Source: Lingula anatina
Lineage: Eukaryota; Animalia; Brachiopoda
NCBI GenBank assembly: GCA_051362555.1
Contig: CM120649.1
Span: 6,076,001 to 6,140,000, forward strand
Direction of reading: 5' to 3'
DNA length: 64,000 nt
Positions 1 to 11,446 of the stretch are shown here, one piece after another. Below the pieces are notes generated by a model. It ran no database searches, was not told where the DNA came from, and was given only the letters and a program-made list of their open reading frames with translations. Both the position numbers and the translations under genes were made by a program. How positions within the stretch are numbered: position 1 is the first letter of the stretch; every line of letters starts with the position of its first letter.

Positions 1-320
1 AACCTTATATCTGAGAATAAATTTACTATGAATAACGTCTCCGTATGGCTCTCGGAGGCGGCTAAGGTGCGACATATCTGGGTCTTCGGCCCCTGACGAT
101 TATGAAATTTAACTCATGGCAAATATATATATATATTTTTTAAATAAATTAGATATCCCGTTTTTAAGATAAATTATAATACTGAGTGAATTTTACCTGG
201 TGAATTTTTTTTTTTACAATGATCAATAGCTAGCTTTTTTCTTTCTCTTCTTCTTCTTTACTTTTATTTAATTATTTAATTTTTTTTTTTTGGGGGGGGG
301 GGGGGGGAGTGGTGCAAAGG

Positions 321-481
321 TTTTTTCCACCCAGTACTTTTATTCCATCCAGTACTTTTATTAAATTTCGAGATTTTTTACACCCAGTACTTTTATTCCA
401 TCAGTACTTTTATTAAATTTTGAGATTTTTTCCACCCAGTACTTTTATTCCATCAGTTCTTTTATTCGATACTTCAGAGTA
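321..481. repeat. Short tandem repeat (~3 units of ~53 bp, core CCCAGTACTTTTATTCCATC), possibly a MITE terminus
   Basis: TTTTTCCACCCAGTACTTTTATTCCATC(C)AGTACTTTTATTAAATTT recurs about three times and ends in ACTTCAGAGTA. Confidence 0.6.
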
Positions 482-510
482 AATGAAAAGGGTAAATGGA
501 TCGTCCGTAA

Positions 511-722
511 ACCCCCTTTACACTGGGGCGGCGTCCTTTGTGCGACCAAGAAACTGGCATCACTGTGGTCGTAGAAAGGAGGTACAAGCATTGCTTTGGT
601 TGAAAAAAATGAATATTTGGTGATTGGCCAGTTGTCAGAAAGTTAAGTATTATAATTTTGTACTCTCAAATGGATCCGTACTACAGGACGCAGAAAGGAC
701 GCCGTCCAGTGTAAAGGGCCCC
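511..722. mobile_element. ~210-bp MITE, copy 1 (Harbinger-like termini)
   Basis: Terminal inverted repeats CCCTTTACACTGGGGCGGCGTCCTTT / AAAGGACGCCGTCCAGTGTAAAGGG with TAA/TTA flanks. A related copy lies at 27878-28084. Confidence 0.7.
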
Positions 723-1202
723 TTAGCTAACTATGAATTAATCTACCCCTGACAGTTTGAAGAAGGCTATGACATTATGAAACATTTATTATTACATAAT
801 GGCTCTGCGAACTACAGTCACTTCTTTTCACCTGTAGATCTGACCTGTTTGTCATACACCTGGCTGCTAGAATAAATACTAAATCTAACAACTGAAGTGA
901 AATTATATTTTGAATGGGCCCCTGTCGGTCCATGTCGCTAACACAGAGCACACATATTCATAAACACCGCATTTGCAAGAACCGCTTTGTGAAATAAAAA
1001 AAGACGCCCCGACAATTACGCGTCCTGATATATAGGCCTACAGTTCGGATAATCACACCGCAAAAACGATTAAGGGACCGTTCCCAGATCCTATCGTACT
1101 AACTATGGATCGATCTCTCCCAGAAGGAATGCTATATAAATTGCAATCAACGTTATCAGTGTGATCTGGCCAATTTTACAAAGTTGCTGTTTTTCCCTTT
1201 TC

Positions 1203-2952
1203 TCAGCATAATATTATATGCGATGCAACATTTTAAAGAGAACCGATAGGTCTATTTTCATGAAACTCACAGAACTGATGAATATTAGTTAAACGCAGGT
1301 CAAGTTTGAAAATCTTCATAATGGCCTGCTTTTTTTTTTTTTCAGAAAATTTGCTGTTGTTTTTGCTTTTTTCAGCATACATGCAACACTGTAAACACAG
1401 TTCAAGGAGAAGCAATAGGTCTATTGTCATGAAACTCACAGAACTGATGATTATTAGTAAAAGGGTTGTCAAGATCAAAAATCGGCATATCCGGGCCATT
1501 TTTTGTCAAAAGTTATGCTGTTTTTTTTCTGCCATTTTCAGCATATAAGTAACACTGTAAGCACATTTCAGGGAGAACCGATAAGCCTGTTGTCATTAAA
1601 CTCACAGGAGTGATCAATGTTACCAATATACAAATCAAGTTTGAAAATATGATTAATTGGTTGAGTTTTGTGGAAGTTGTGCCTTGTTTTGATATATATA
1701 AGTGGTTTTCCTCAGATTTGATTGTCAGGCATGTTGACAGTTTCGTTATTGAACTAACTAGATATGTAAATATGTTAGTGTTTGTCTGAAATTTTCTGCA
1801 TCTTTACAACATTGCTAGTTGATTATATAAATATGACGGTAAACATGTTATCATGTACTGTGTAATACAGTGTCTCAAAATGGAGGAAATGGGGTGATTA
1901 TTTTCAAAAGTTTTGCATTTTTTTTCTCCTTTTTTCAGTGTACATGCAACACTGTAAACACACTTCAAGGAGAACCAATAGGCCTGTTTTCATGAAACTA
2001 ATGATTATTAGTAAATTAAAAAGAATGATCAAGATTGAAAATCAGCATGACCAGGCCCTTTTCTTTCAAATGTTATGCTGGTTTTTTTTTTCAGCATATA
2101 TGTAACACTGTAAGCACATTTCAAGGAGAACCAATAAGCCTGTTTTCATGAAACTCACAGAACTGATGATTATTAGTAAAAAAATGGTCAAGATTGAAAA
2201 TCAGCATGACCAGGCCCTTTTCTTTCAAGTGTTATGCTGTTTTTTTTTTTAAGCATATAAGTAACACTGTAAACACATGTCAAGGAGAACCAATAGGCCT
2301 CTTTTCATAAAACTCACAGAACTGATGTTTATAAGTAAAAGAATGGTCAAGATTGAAAATCAGCATGACCAGGCCCTTTTCTTTCAAATGTTATGCTGTT
2401 TTTTTTTTCAGCATATAAGTAACACTGTAAGCACATTTCAGGGAGAACCAATAAGCCTGTTTTCATGAAACTCACAGGAGTAATCAATGTTATCTATATA
2501 CAAATCAAGTTTAAAAATAAGATTGATTGGTTGAGTTTTGAGGGACTTCAGCTTTTATTTGTATATAAGTGGTTTTCCTCAGATTTGATTGTCAGGCATG
2601 TTGACAGTTTCGTTATTGAACTAACTAGATATGTAAATATGTTAGTGTTTGTCTGAAATTTTCTGCATCTTTACAACATTGCTAGTTGATTATATAAATA
2701 TGACGGTAAACACGTTAACATGTACTGTGTAATACAGTGTCTCAAAATGGAGGAAATGGGGTGATTATTTTCAAAAGTTTTGCATTTTTTTTCTCCTTTT
2801 TTCAGTGTACATGCAACACTGTAAACACACTTCAAGGAGAACCAATAGGCCTCTTTCCATAAAACTCACAGAACTGATGATTATTAGTAAATTAAAAAGA
2901 ATGATCAAGATTGAAAATCAGCATGACCAGGCCTTTTTCTTTCAAATGTTAT
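1203..2952 (+). repeat. Complex satellite-like array, left part (~140-bp A units interleaved with ~370-bp B blocks)
   Basis: The unit CAGCATAT..AACACTGTAAGCACATTTCAAGGAGAACCAATAAGCCTGTTTTCATGAAACTCACAGAACTGATG..CAAGATTGAAAATCAGCATGACCAGGCCC recurs. B blocks are at ~1570-1935 and ~2441-2803. Confidence 0.9.
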
Positions 2953-3116
2953 TGTGATGTTCTTTAAGATGTTCTTAGATTTAAACCAACAAGACACCAA
3001 GTCTGATTTCCCAGCACCATACTTTATTTTCAAGTCTCCAGTATTCTCCCGAGATCACAACACTCACAACACTGATATTCTCTAACACAATGCTGAGCTA
3101 CTGCACATTTACTACA
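2953..3116 (-). repeat. 3' LTR (164 bp)
   Basis: Direct repeat of 7406-7569; contains AATAAA on the minus strand. Confidence 0.95.
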
Positions 3117-3130
3117 TCTCTCCCTCTTGA
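3117..3130 (-). other. Polypurine tract
   Basis: Minus-strand AAGAGGGAGAGA lies immediately before the 3' LTR start TGTAGT. Confidence 0.85.
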
Positions 3131-3357
3131 GATATGCACCACAATGACTTTAAATGTACAATTTTTTTTTTCTTTTTACTTATATAATGACAAAACTAAA
3201 TAAACTAAAATGTTACAAATACTCAGAGGCACTCTAAATAATCACTTCAGAGTGTAAACAGATCAACAGTTCTCATTAATCCTTTAACAGTCCTTGGTCA
3301 TCTTACATGTAAGACAATATGTCTTTAGAAAATTTTAATGACAGTAATATTTCTCAG

Positions 3358-6300
3358 TCAAGTGTAAGTTAGTCTCTCAGGTGCTTTGCGCTCCCTTTGT
3401 GGATATCTGCGAACTGGTTGTTTATCAACAGTAGGACTAGCCTCAACATCATCAGATACAAATGTACTGCTAGCTTCAGATTTGTCAGGTACTTTTGCAT
3501 CACTATTGTCCATTGTATCACCTGATTCATGCTCAATTTGAACAGGTTCTGAATAAAACCTTGGCTCAGGTTGCTCAAATTCAGTCTTTGTTTGATTATC
3601 AGATTCAACATTTTCTCTCGAAGGTAGTGTCACATTAATTTCATCAGAAAATGGCATTTCACTTGAAACAGTGGGACCAATTATATGATCAATATGCACA
3701 AAGCGTTTCGATCTGCCAATTTGTACAACATATGTCTGAGGCCCACAAACTTTCACAATGCAACCAGAAACCCATTTCTCTTGCCCCCCTCTGAAATTGC
3801 GAACTCTGACCTTATCATACAGGTTAAAGTGACGCGACTTGGGACGTTTGTCATGATACTGACATTGCTTTTCCTGTTTTGTTTCAACAGACATAGAAAG
3901 GCTGGGTTTCAAAAGAGAAATTTTTGACCTAATCTGACGCTTCATGAACAATTCAGAAGGACTGACACCAGTTGTTGAATGCGGAGTTATTCTATACAGC
4001 ATCATTAACTGGGATAATCTCAGACTGCGGGAACCTTCCCTATTCTCTAACATATGTTTTGTTAGCCCTTGTTTGATAACTTGCACTGAACGCTCAGCGG
4101 CACCATTCGTGCTTGCATGGTACGGAGGTATAAGTTTGTGATTTATTCCATTCATTTCACAGAATTTACGAAACTCCCCTGAGGTAAACTGTGGTCCATT
4201 ATCTGACACAATAATCTCAGGCAAACCTGCTCTTGCAAACCACGAACGTAAAACATCAATTGTTTTCGAAGTAGTAGTAGATTGCATTTCTTCTACTTCT
4301 ATCCACTTCGAATATGCATCAATCAGTATCAAATAAGAACGATTGTCTTTCTCAAAGAAATCAATATGGACCCTCTCCCACACACGTGAAGGGAAAGACC
4401 ATGGGATCAGTGGTGCAACAGCTGGCAAGGCTCTGTTTGATTGACATTCATCACATCCAGAGATCAAAGACTCAATTCCAGAATCTAGTCCAGGCCACCA
4501 CAAGTACCCTCTAGCTAAGGACTTCATTCTAACAATCCCATGATGTTCTTCGTGTAATTCACGAAGTAAACGGTCACGATAACAAGGTGGTATGATGACA
4601 CGTAATCCCCAAAGTATGCAACCTTGGTCAACAGTAAGTTCATTTCTGCGTCTAAAGTAAGGCATCAAAGAATCATCTTTGACATAGCTTGGCCAACCAT
4701 TAAGAGTGAAATCATACACTCTGGACAAGACTGGGTCCTTCATAGTGGCTTTGCTAATATCACTCGCTTTCACAGGTAATTCTTCTGTGAAAGACACACA
4801 ATGGACAACAAACTCGTTATCCTCACTGGGCTCAGAATTTTTACTTGGTAACCGTGAAAAGCAATCTGCACTTGCATTGTCAGCAGACTTTCTATATTTT
4901 ATCTTGTAATTGTAAGCTGACAGAATCAAACTCCAGCGTTGCATTCTAGCTGCAGCTAATGACGGTATACCAGTATGTGAATTGAATATTTTCACAAGAG
5001 GCAGATGGTCTGTAATAAGAGTAAACTCTCTTCCATATAAATACATGTGGAATTTCTTCACACCAAATATGATGGCTAAAGCCTCTTTCTCAATTTGAGC
5101 ATAATTCTTTTCTGCTTTAGAAAGAGTACGAGAGGCTGTTTCAATGGGGCGTTCAGAACCATCTTCCATAATATGACTTATGACTGCACCAATCCCCACT
5201 GATGATGCATCACAAGCTAATACAATTGGCCGTTTTGGATCATAGGGTGTGAGACATGACTCTGCAGAAATAGCAGACTTGGCAGCATTAAATGCAGCAT
5301 CACACTCTTTTGTCCAGTTCCACTCTACATTTTTGCTTAAGAGCCTGTTTAGTGTGGACACCTGAGTAGACATGTTCTTTATGAATTTCCCATAAAAGTT
5401 TAACATTCCCAGGAATGACTTGAGCTCTGAAACATTTTCAGGCTTGGGCATATTCATGATATTTTCTATGTTCTTGGCACTTGGATGTATACCACTTTCA
5501 TCCAGTGTATGACCAAGAATATCAATACGTTTCTGAATGAAACTACACTTTGACAAACGCGCACGGATATTGTACTGACGGAGTCTCTGCAGCACACGTT
5601 GTAGTGCTATGTAATGTTCTTCTACTGTGTCAGTAGTGATGAGTATATCATCAATAGAACAAGCAGCCTCCTCAATACCATCCAACACTTGATCCATAAC
5701 GCGTTGAAACTGCTGCGGAGCAGTCGTAATACCATACGGCATTCGCTCTGGGCGTAACAAACCAATCAAAGTGTTAATCGTGAGATATTGTTTTGACTTC
5801 TCACTCAATTTTAACTGGGAAAATGCTTCGCGCAAATCTATTTTAGATCTGAATTTCCCTTTTGCATGTTTGGCTAGTACTGACTGAATAGTTGGGAGTG
5901 GATATGGGTCTTTGTCTAGTACTGTATTAACTGTGACCTTATAGTCACCACATAACCTCAGATCCCCTGATGGTTTTACAACAGTGACTTGTGGACTCGC
6001 CCACTTACTACTTTCTACTTTGGTATAATGACCCTTCTCAACTGCCTCCAACAGCTGAGATTTGACCTTATCTTGCAGAGGGTAGGGTACACTATAAGCT
6101 TTCTTGAATATGGGAGTTGTACCTTCAGGAATGTAAACATCTGCTTCAAAACCTTTGATTGACCCTTGACTTGGAGCAAATACATCTTTGTATTGTGACA
6201 GAAGTGACTTTAACTTTGGGTCACTCTGTACAGAAAAGACAGTGGACCAATCTAACTTTATTTTCTCTAACCAATTTTGCCCCAACAATGCAGGTTTAGA

Positions 6301-7389
6301 TCCCTCCACCACTACTAATGGTAGGTCTACAGACTGGTCATTGTAACTCACTGTGACTGTTATTTCCCCCAATAAACTAAGAGGATTGCCGCAATAAGAT
6401 GTGAGATGCAAATCTGATTGACGTAAAGGGTGATCTTTGAACTTTGATTCATACAAATCTTGACCAATCAACGTGACAGACGCACCAGTATCTAGCTCAA
6501 AGTCAATAGACTGTGAGCTAACCTGTAAAGCAATAATATACTTGCTACATTTATTTTCATTTACAGTACTGATAGGAGCATGATCAGGTTTTGTTTTGTT
6601 CTCTTTACTTCCGCATTTGATTTGGAAATGGTTCAACTTGTTACATTTTCTGCAGATTTTACCCTTGGCAGGACAAGCTCCTTTGTGTGGGTACTCTCCA
6701 CCGCAGAACCAACACTCCCTGAAACCCTGTTTTGGCTGTGTTTTGGACTTGTTATGACTTGGCTTGTGTGGTTTAGGTGCTTGGGCTTGTGCTGATTTTT
6801 TCACGGCATAGACTGTGGTAGGACTGGTATCGCCCTCCATAATATGGGACCTTTGTTCAGACAGCTCTAAAGCTCTAGCATGTGTAAGCAAGTTATTCAG
6901 TGTGAGAGTCTGGTCACTAAGAGCTTTTCTTCTCAACTTATGGGATGTACATCCTTGTATAATTTGTGACTTAACCTCTCTGTCCAAATTTTCAAATCCA
7001 CAGTTGGCTCCTATTTGTCTTAGTTTGATATGGTATGAATCAATGGTTTCACTAGGTTCTTGCTTACAGCTTCGAAATTTGTAAATTTCAAACTCAGGAT
7101 TATGATGAGGTCTTACGTATTGTCCAAAAGAAGCTACCGCATCTTCATATGAGTCCCCTCTGTCTGGCAGATTCTCAAAAATGTCTAAAAATTCCTCACC
7201 AGCTAAATGTAAAAGCATGGCTCTCTTCTGTTGCGAGTTTTTGATGTTCAATGCAACCATGAGGTTTTCAAATCTTTCCTTCCATTTTCCCCATCTTTTA
7301 AAAACGGTGTTCGGTTCCTGTCTGATGATGAAAGGTGGAAAAGTTGGTATATGCGTCAAGTTTACTGCTTGGGGTTCTTCCTCCTCCAT
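3358..7389 (-). CDS. Gag-Pol polyprotein (Gag with two Cys/His knuckles, aspartic protease, RT, RNase H, integrase), 1343 aa
   Basis: Knuckles CWFCGGEYPHKGACPAKGKICRKCNKLNHFQIKC; protease LDTGA; RT LRLCGDYK..MPYG..SIDDILI; RNase H CDAS..EKEALA..TDH; integrase HHCC, HIDF, SDNGPQF and NGAAER. The PR-RT-RH-IN order indicates Gypsy. Confidence 0.97.
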   Translation of the reverse strand: MEEEEPQAVNLTHIPTFPPFIIRQEPNTVFKRWGKWKERFENLMVALNIKNSQQKRAMLLHLAGEEFLDIFENLPDRGDSYEDAVASFGQYVRPHHNPEFEIYKFRSCKQEPSETIDSYHIKLRQIGANCGFENLDREVKSQIIQGCTSHKLRRKALSDQTLTLNNLLTHARALELSEQRSHIMEGDTSPTTVYAVKKSAQAQAPKPHKPSHNKSKTQPKQGFRECWFCGGEYPHKGACPAKGKICRKCNKLNHFQIKCGSKENKTKPDHAPISTVNENKCSKYIIALQVSSQSIDFELDTGASVTLIGQDLYESKFKDHPLRQSDLHLTSYCGNPLSLLGEITVTVSYNDQSVDLPLVVVEGSKPALLGQNWLEKIKLDWSTVFSVQSDPKLKSLLSQYKDVFAPSQGSIKGFEADVYIPEGTTPIFKKAYSVPYPLQDKVKSQLLEAVEKGHYTKVESSKWASPQVTVVKPSGDLRLCGDYKVTVNTVLDKDPYPLPTIQSVLAKHAKGKFRSKIDLREAFSQLKLSEKSKQYLTINTLIGLLRPERMPYGITTAPQQFQRVMDQVLDGIEEAACSIDDILITTDTVEEHYIALQRVLQRLRQYNIRARLSKCSFIQKRIDILGHTLDESGIHPSAKNIENIMNMPKPENVSELKSFLGMLNFYGKFIKNMSTQVSTLNRLLSKNVEWNWTKECDAAFNAAKSAISAESCLTPYDPKRPIVLACDASSVGIGAVISHIMEDGSERPIETASRTLSKAEKNYAQIEKEALAIIFGVKKFHMYLYGREFTLITDHLPLVKIFNSHTGIPSLAAARMQRWSLILSAYNYKIKYRKSADNASADCFSRLPSKNSEPSEDNEFVVHCVSFTEELPVKASDISKATMKDPVLSRVYDFTLNGWPSYVKDDSLMPYFRRRNELTVDQGCILWGLRVIIPPCYRDRLLRELHEEHHGIVRMKSLARGYLWWPGLDSGIESLISGCDECQSNRALPAVAPLIPWSFPSRVWERVHIDFFEKDNRSYLILIDAYSKWIEVEEMQSTTTSKTIDVLRSWFARAGLPEIIVSDNGPQFTSGEFRKFCEMNGINHKLIPPYHASTNGAAERSVQVIKQGLTKHMLENREGSRSLRLSQLMMLYRITPHSTTGVSPSELFMKRQIRSKISLLKPSLSMSVETKQEKQCQYHDKRPKSRHFNLYDKVRVRNFRGGQEKWVSGCIVKVCGPQTYVVQIGRSKRFVHIDHIIGPTVSSEMPFSDEINVTLPSRENVESDNQTKTEFEQPEPRFYSEPVQIEHESGDTMDNSDAKVPDKSEASSTFVSDDVEASPTVDKQPVRRYPQRERKAPERLTYT

Positions 7390-7392
7390 AAT

Positions 7393-7404
7393 TCCTCGTC
7401 GCCA
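7393..7404 (-). other. Primer binding site (tRNA-Ser(GCT)-type)
   Basis: Minus-strand TGGCGACGAGGA lies next to the 5' LTR. It is complementary to the ..TCCTCGTCG-CCA 3' end of eukaryotic tRNA-Ser(GCT), recalled from memory. Confidence 0.8.
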
Positions 7405-7405
7405 A

Positions 7406-7569
7406 TGTGATGTTCTTTAAGATGTTCTTAGATTTAAACCAACAAGACACCAAGTCTGATTTCCCAGCACCATACTTTATTTTCAAGTCTCCAGTATTCT
7501 CCCGAGATCGCAACACTCACAACACTGATATTCTCTAACACAATGCTGAGCTACTGCACATTTACTACA
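7406..7569 (-). repeat. 5' LTR (164 bp)
   Basis: Direct repeat of 2953-3116 with one mismatch (3057 A vs 7510 G). Confidence 0.95.
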
Positions 7570-8900
7570 GTTATGCTGGTTTTTTTTTCAGCATATATGT
7601 AACACTGTAAGCACATTTCAAGGAGAACCAATAAGCCTGTTTTCATGAAACTCACAGAACTGATGATTATTAGTAAAAGAATGGTCAAGATTGAAAATCA
7701 GCATGACCAGGCCCTTTTCTTTCAAATGTTATGCTGTTTTTTTTTTTTTTTTTCAGCATATAAGTAACACTGTAAGCACATTTCACGAAGAACCAATAAC
7801 TTAAAGCCTGTTTTCATGAAACTCACAGAACTGATTATTATGAGTAAAAGAATGGTCAAGATTGAAAATCAGCATGACCAGGCCCTTTTCTTTCAAATTT
7901 TATGCTGTTTCTTTTTTCAGCATATAAGTAACACTGTAAGCACATTTCAGGGAGAACCGATAGGCCTGTTGTCATTAAACTCACAAAAGTGATCAATGTT
8001 ATCTATATACAAATCAAATTTAAAAATAAGATAGATTGGTTGAGTTCTGAGGGACTTCAGCTTTTATTTGTATATAAGTGGTTTTCCTCAGATTTGATTG
8101 TCAGGCATGTTGACAGTTTCGTTATTGAATTAACTAAATATGTAAATATGTTAGTGTTTCTCTGAAATTGTCTGCATCTTTACAACATTGCTAGTTGATT
8201 ATATAAATGTGACGGTAAACATGTTATCATGTACTGTGTAATACAGTGTCTCAAAATGGAGGAAATGGGGTGATTATTTTCAAAGGTTTTGCATTTTTTT
8301 CTCCTTTTTTCAGTGTACATGCAACACTGTTAACATATTTCAAGGAGAACCAATAAGCCTGTTTTCATGAAACTCACAGAACTGATGATTATTAGTAAAA
8401 GAATGATCAAGATTGAAAATCAGCAAGACCAGGCCCTTTTCTTTCAAATGTTATGCTGTTTTTTTTTCAGCATATATGTAACACTGTAAGCACATTTCAG
8501 GGAGAACCAATAACTTAAAGCCTGTTTTCATGAAACTCACAGAACTGATGATTATTAGTAAAAGCATATTAGTAACACTGTAAGCACATTTCAGGGAGAA
8601 CCGATAGGCCTGTTGTCATTAAACTCACAAGAGTGATCAATGTTATCTATATACAAATCAAATTTAAAAATAAGATTGATTGGTTGAGTTTTGAGGGACT
8701 TCAGCTTTTATTTGTATATAAGTGGTTTTCCTCATATTTGATTGTCAGGCATGTAAACAGTCTCATTATTGAATTTACTAGATATGTAAAATGGGTTGTT
8801 TGACAATTTCTGCGTCTTGACAATATTGCTAGTTGATTATATAAAAATGGTGGTAAACCTGTTATCTTGTATTGTGTAAAAAAAGTGCCAAAATGGAAAT
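7570..8900 (+). repeat. Complex satellite-like array, right part
   Basis: The array resumes mid-unit directly after the TSD. A units plus B blocks at ~7949-8311 and a diverged one at ~8593-8900. Confidence 0.9.
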
Positions 8901-9945
8901 GAACTCGTATCATTGTAGTTTGTCAGATTCAATCATTCACAATGTTCCGAATGGAGGAAATTGGATATTTAAACTTGTTATATTGATATTTTTGCCATCT
9001 CAACAATTTTCTTAGTTGATCATGTGAAATGGCAGTAAACTGTATTATTTTATGTAAAAAAGTTAAAAATGGAAAGAAACCCATTTCAGTACAGTGCTCT
9101 CTTGTATACATTTAGCATTTTCAAAGTATGACTTTGGAGTTCCATGAACCTGAAAACCTTTGCTAGTCACATTTTCTGAATATTCATGATACTAATATTT
9201 TATTATAAAAAATTGATGATCATTATGCTGTTAAGCATTATATAATATTGCATCAAATTGGAAGAAAGCACAATTTTGGGTGCTGCTGGCATGATGTCCT
9301 CAATTGTAAAATTGTGTACTGTGCAAGTCTGTATCCAATGGACGACACTTTGTGTTATCAAAATATAAAATTCATGATAATAAAAGAGTGCTAAATAGAA
9401 AATAAGCATTATGAAAATAAAATGTTTGAAAACGAATTTCTTTGGTCTTTTATTTTATTTCATCAGTATCCTTTCTTTTCCTAAATTAATTGATGTTTTA
9501 TCTCATAATCTTCAATTCTAAAAAAGTGGCAAAGCCCAGCATTAAATATTGTATAACTGTTCATTTAATCATCACCTCTGGTGTTATTTTGGAATTTACC
9601 TTAAATATGAAAGAATTTCATAAAAATGTGAATTGCTGCAAAGTAACGCTATATAAAATTTGCTTTGCATTAAAAGTACAATCATTATTACATGTAGATG
9701 CATGCATGTCCTCGGTTGTAATGTGTAGTGTCTGTCCATGTGTGTGTCCGTGTGTGTCCTCGGTTAGAATGTAAAATTCTTGTCAGCAAAAAATTAGTTT
9801 TTATAAAAAATTAATTTATAACATTCATACTCGAATAGATTTTACCCTAAATTGAATGTTTTTATTTTGATTTAACCAAGGAATAAGATGTCCTCGGTTG
9901 TATGGTGTTGTGCTGATGTCCTCGGTTGGTACACATAGACAAGTA

Positions 9946-9946
9946 T

Positions 9947-9977
<31 letters not shown>

Positions 9978-9985
9978 CGCGCGCG
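9946..9985. repeat. (TG)n(CG)n microsatellite
   Basis: Alternating purine-pyrimidine run seen directly. Confidence 0.9.
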
Positions 9986-10599
9986 GCGTGTTTCATCCAC
10001 CCTATTTACGTGTATATATCCCTTAAACACTGCATCCAGTTACTTTGTTTGCTTAGTTTCGGGAATGTTCTAATGGCGTGAAGTGGAGTGGGGAACCTCT
10101 ATATACAGTGTATAAGATAGCTTCAACTCTATACTATATTAGGTAATAATTACATATAAACTTCGGTAGACGCATAACTTTCAGTCAGGATAAGTCTACC
10201 TGCATCTAGACATTTATCTATTGTTTAAGTATACAGTGCGAAACACAGGTACTAGATTGGACACCTGTCCATGTACAGTACAGTTGTACATGTAAAATAA
10301 ACTTTTCGGCGTGTCAAAAACGATTTAATTTCAAACTCTTGAAAAAGGAAGAAATGTAATGCTTCAAAAAATTTGCACTTACCTAAAAATCAGTAATGAG
10401 TAGTATATTATTTTTCTCGCATCTGTACATCCTTTTCTTTCTAAGAGGTGACCTCAGAGAGGAAGGAAAAACCACAAGTCCTGTGGCAAATAAAAATGTT
10501 CTCTTTGTGTGGCTTTTACCTGTTGTTGCTAACACAATGATTGCATAGTGTCACAACCTAGAGAGCAGACGTCTTTTGTTGTTATTTCTGATGTACACT

Positions 10600-10829
10600 A
10601 ACACCCCATTTCCATAGATTTTAGATCGATCTATCCCTGTGGGGAGTCTCACTAGATTACTGTCAGCTTAGCCGGCTTAAGCGTCTGTCCCGCCTACTGA
10701 AAGCTGTAAGGGGGTAATTAACTATGGTGCGCGCTCGGCTGACTGCAATTTAGCTTGAACCCCCAGGGGGTTAGGTCGATCTAATTCTTAATCCCTGGAT
10801 CGATCTAAATCTCTGGGAATATAGTGTTG
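10600..10829. mobile_element. Degenerate MITE
   Basis: Imperfect inverted termini ACACCCCATTTCCATAGATTTTAGATCGATC / GATCGATCTAAATCTCTGGGAATATAGTGT. Confidence 0.5.
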
Positions 10830-11446
10830 CTGCTGATCCATGCCGAAAACGCGCACACACACACATACACACACACACACACACACATTTATATACTCAA
10901 AACCTGTCTTTTAAGTCATTCCTTTATTGATCACGCACTATCAAGGCTGTGGAATGTAACTTAATAGTAAACAGCTACATATGACGGCCAGAAGAAAGCG
11001 GGACTGTCTTATTGCGTTCTAAAGAGACAACATGACCGCGCCAAGTACTATTATGCTCCCGCTTATATAGCTAATGCAACGAAAAATTACTCAAAATTTT
11101 CATAAACTGATGATAGCAACATTGCATTAGTTGTGACTGTGTGACTGACTAGACGCTGTAAAGAGCTGAGGGATGAGAGAGGGAGACTGTTGCAAATATA
11201 ATGACAAAATATCATTATAATATATACCTGTGATCGTGGTAAACTTAAAATTTTAATTATTGCATACTTTACTCAATATTAGTTTCATATGGACTGATGA
11301 CGCTCCAAGACAAAGATGGTAATGAGCTCAAACGGCTTAATTTTATGGGGAGTGATATATTGGGAGCTTTATGAATTAATTTTTGGTCCGTTATAAAGAT
11401 AAAACACTCGATGTGAAAATGCTTTGCTGTTCTTTTCTAACGCAAG

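Larger units (their letters stand above)
2953..7569 (-). mobile_element. Full-length Ty3/Gypsy LTR retrotransposon (Mag-like)
   Basis: 164-bp LTRs with TG..CA ends at 2953-3116 and 7406-7569, differing at 1 position. 5-bp TSD GTTAT at 2948-2952 and 7570-7574. PBS and PPT present; single gag-pol ORF. Confidence 0.97.

Noticed and set aside
1233-2656. Short ORFs in the satellite array
   Set aside because: They are translations of tandem repeat units with no protein motifs.
3369-7516. Overlapping and antisense ORFs within the Gypsy element
   Set aside because: They are shadow frames of the gag-pol ORF.
1203-8900. CRISPR-like repeat/spacer appearance
   Set aside because: Units are long, degenerate and contiguous with no unique spacers, there are no cas genes, and the context is eukaryotic.
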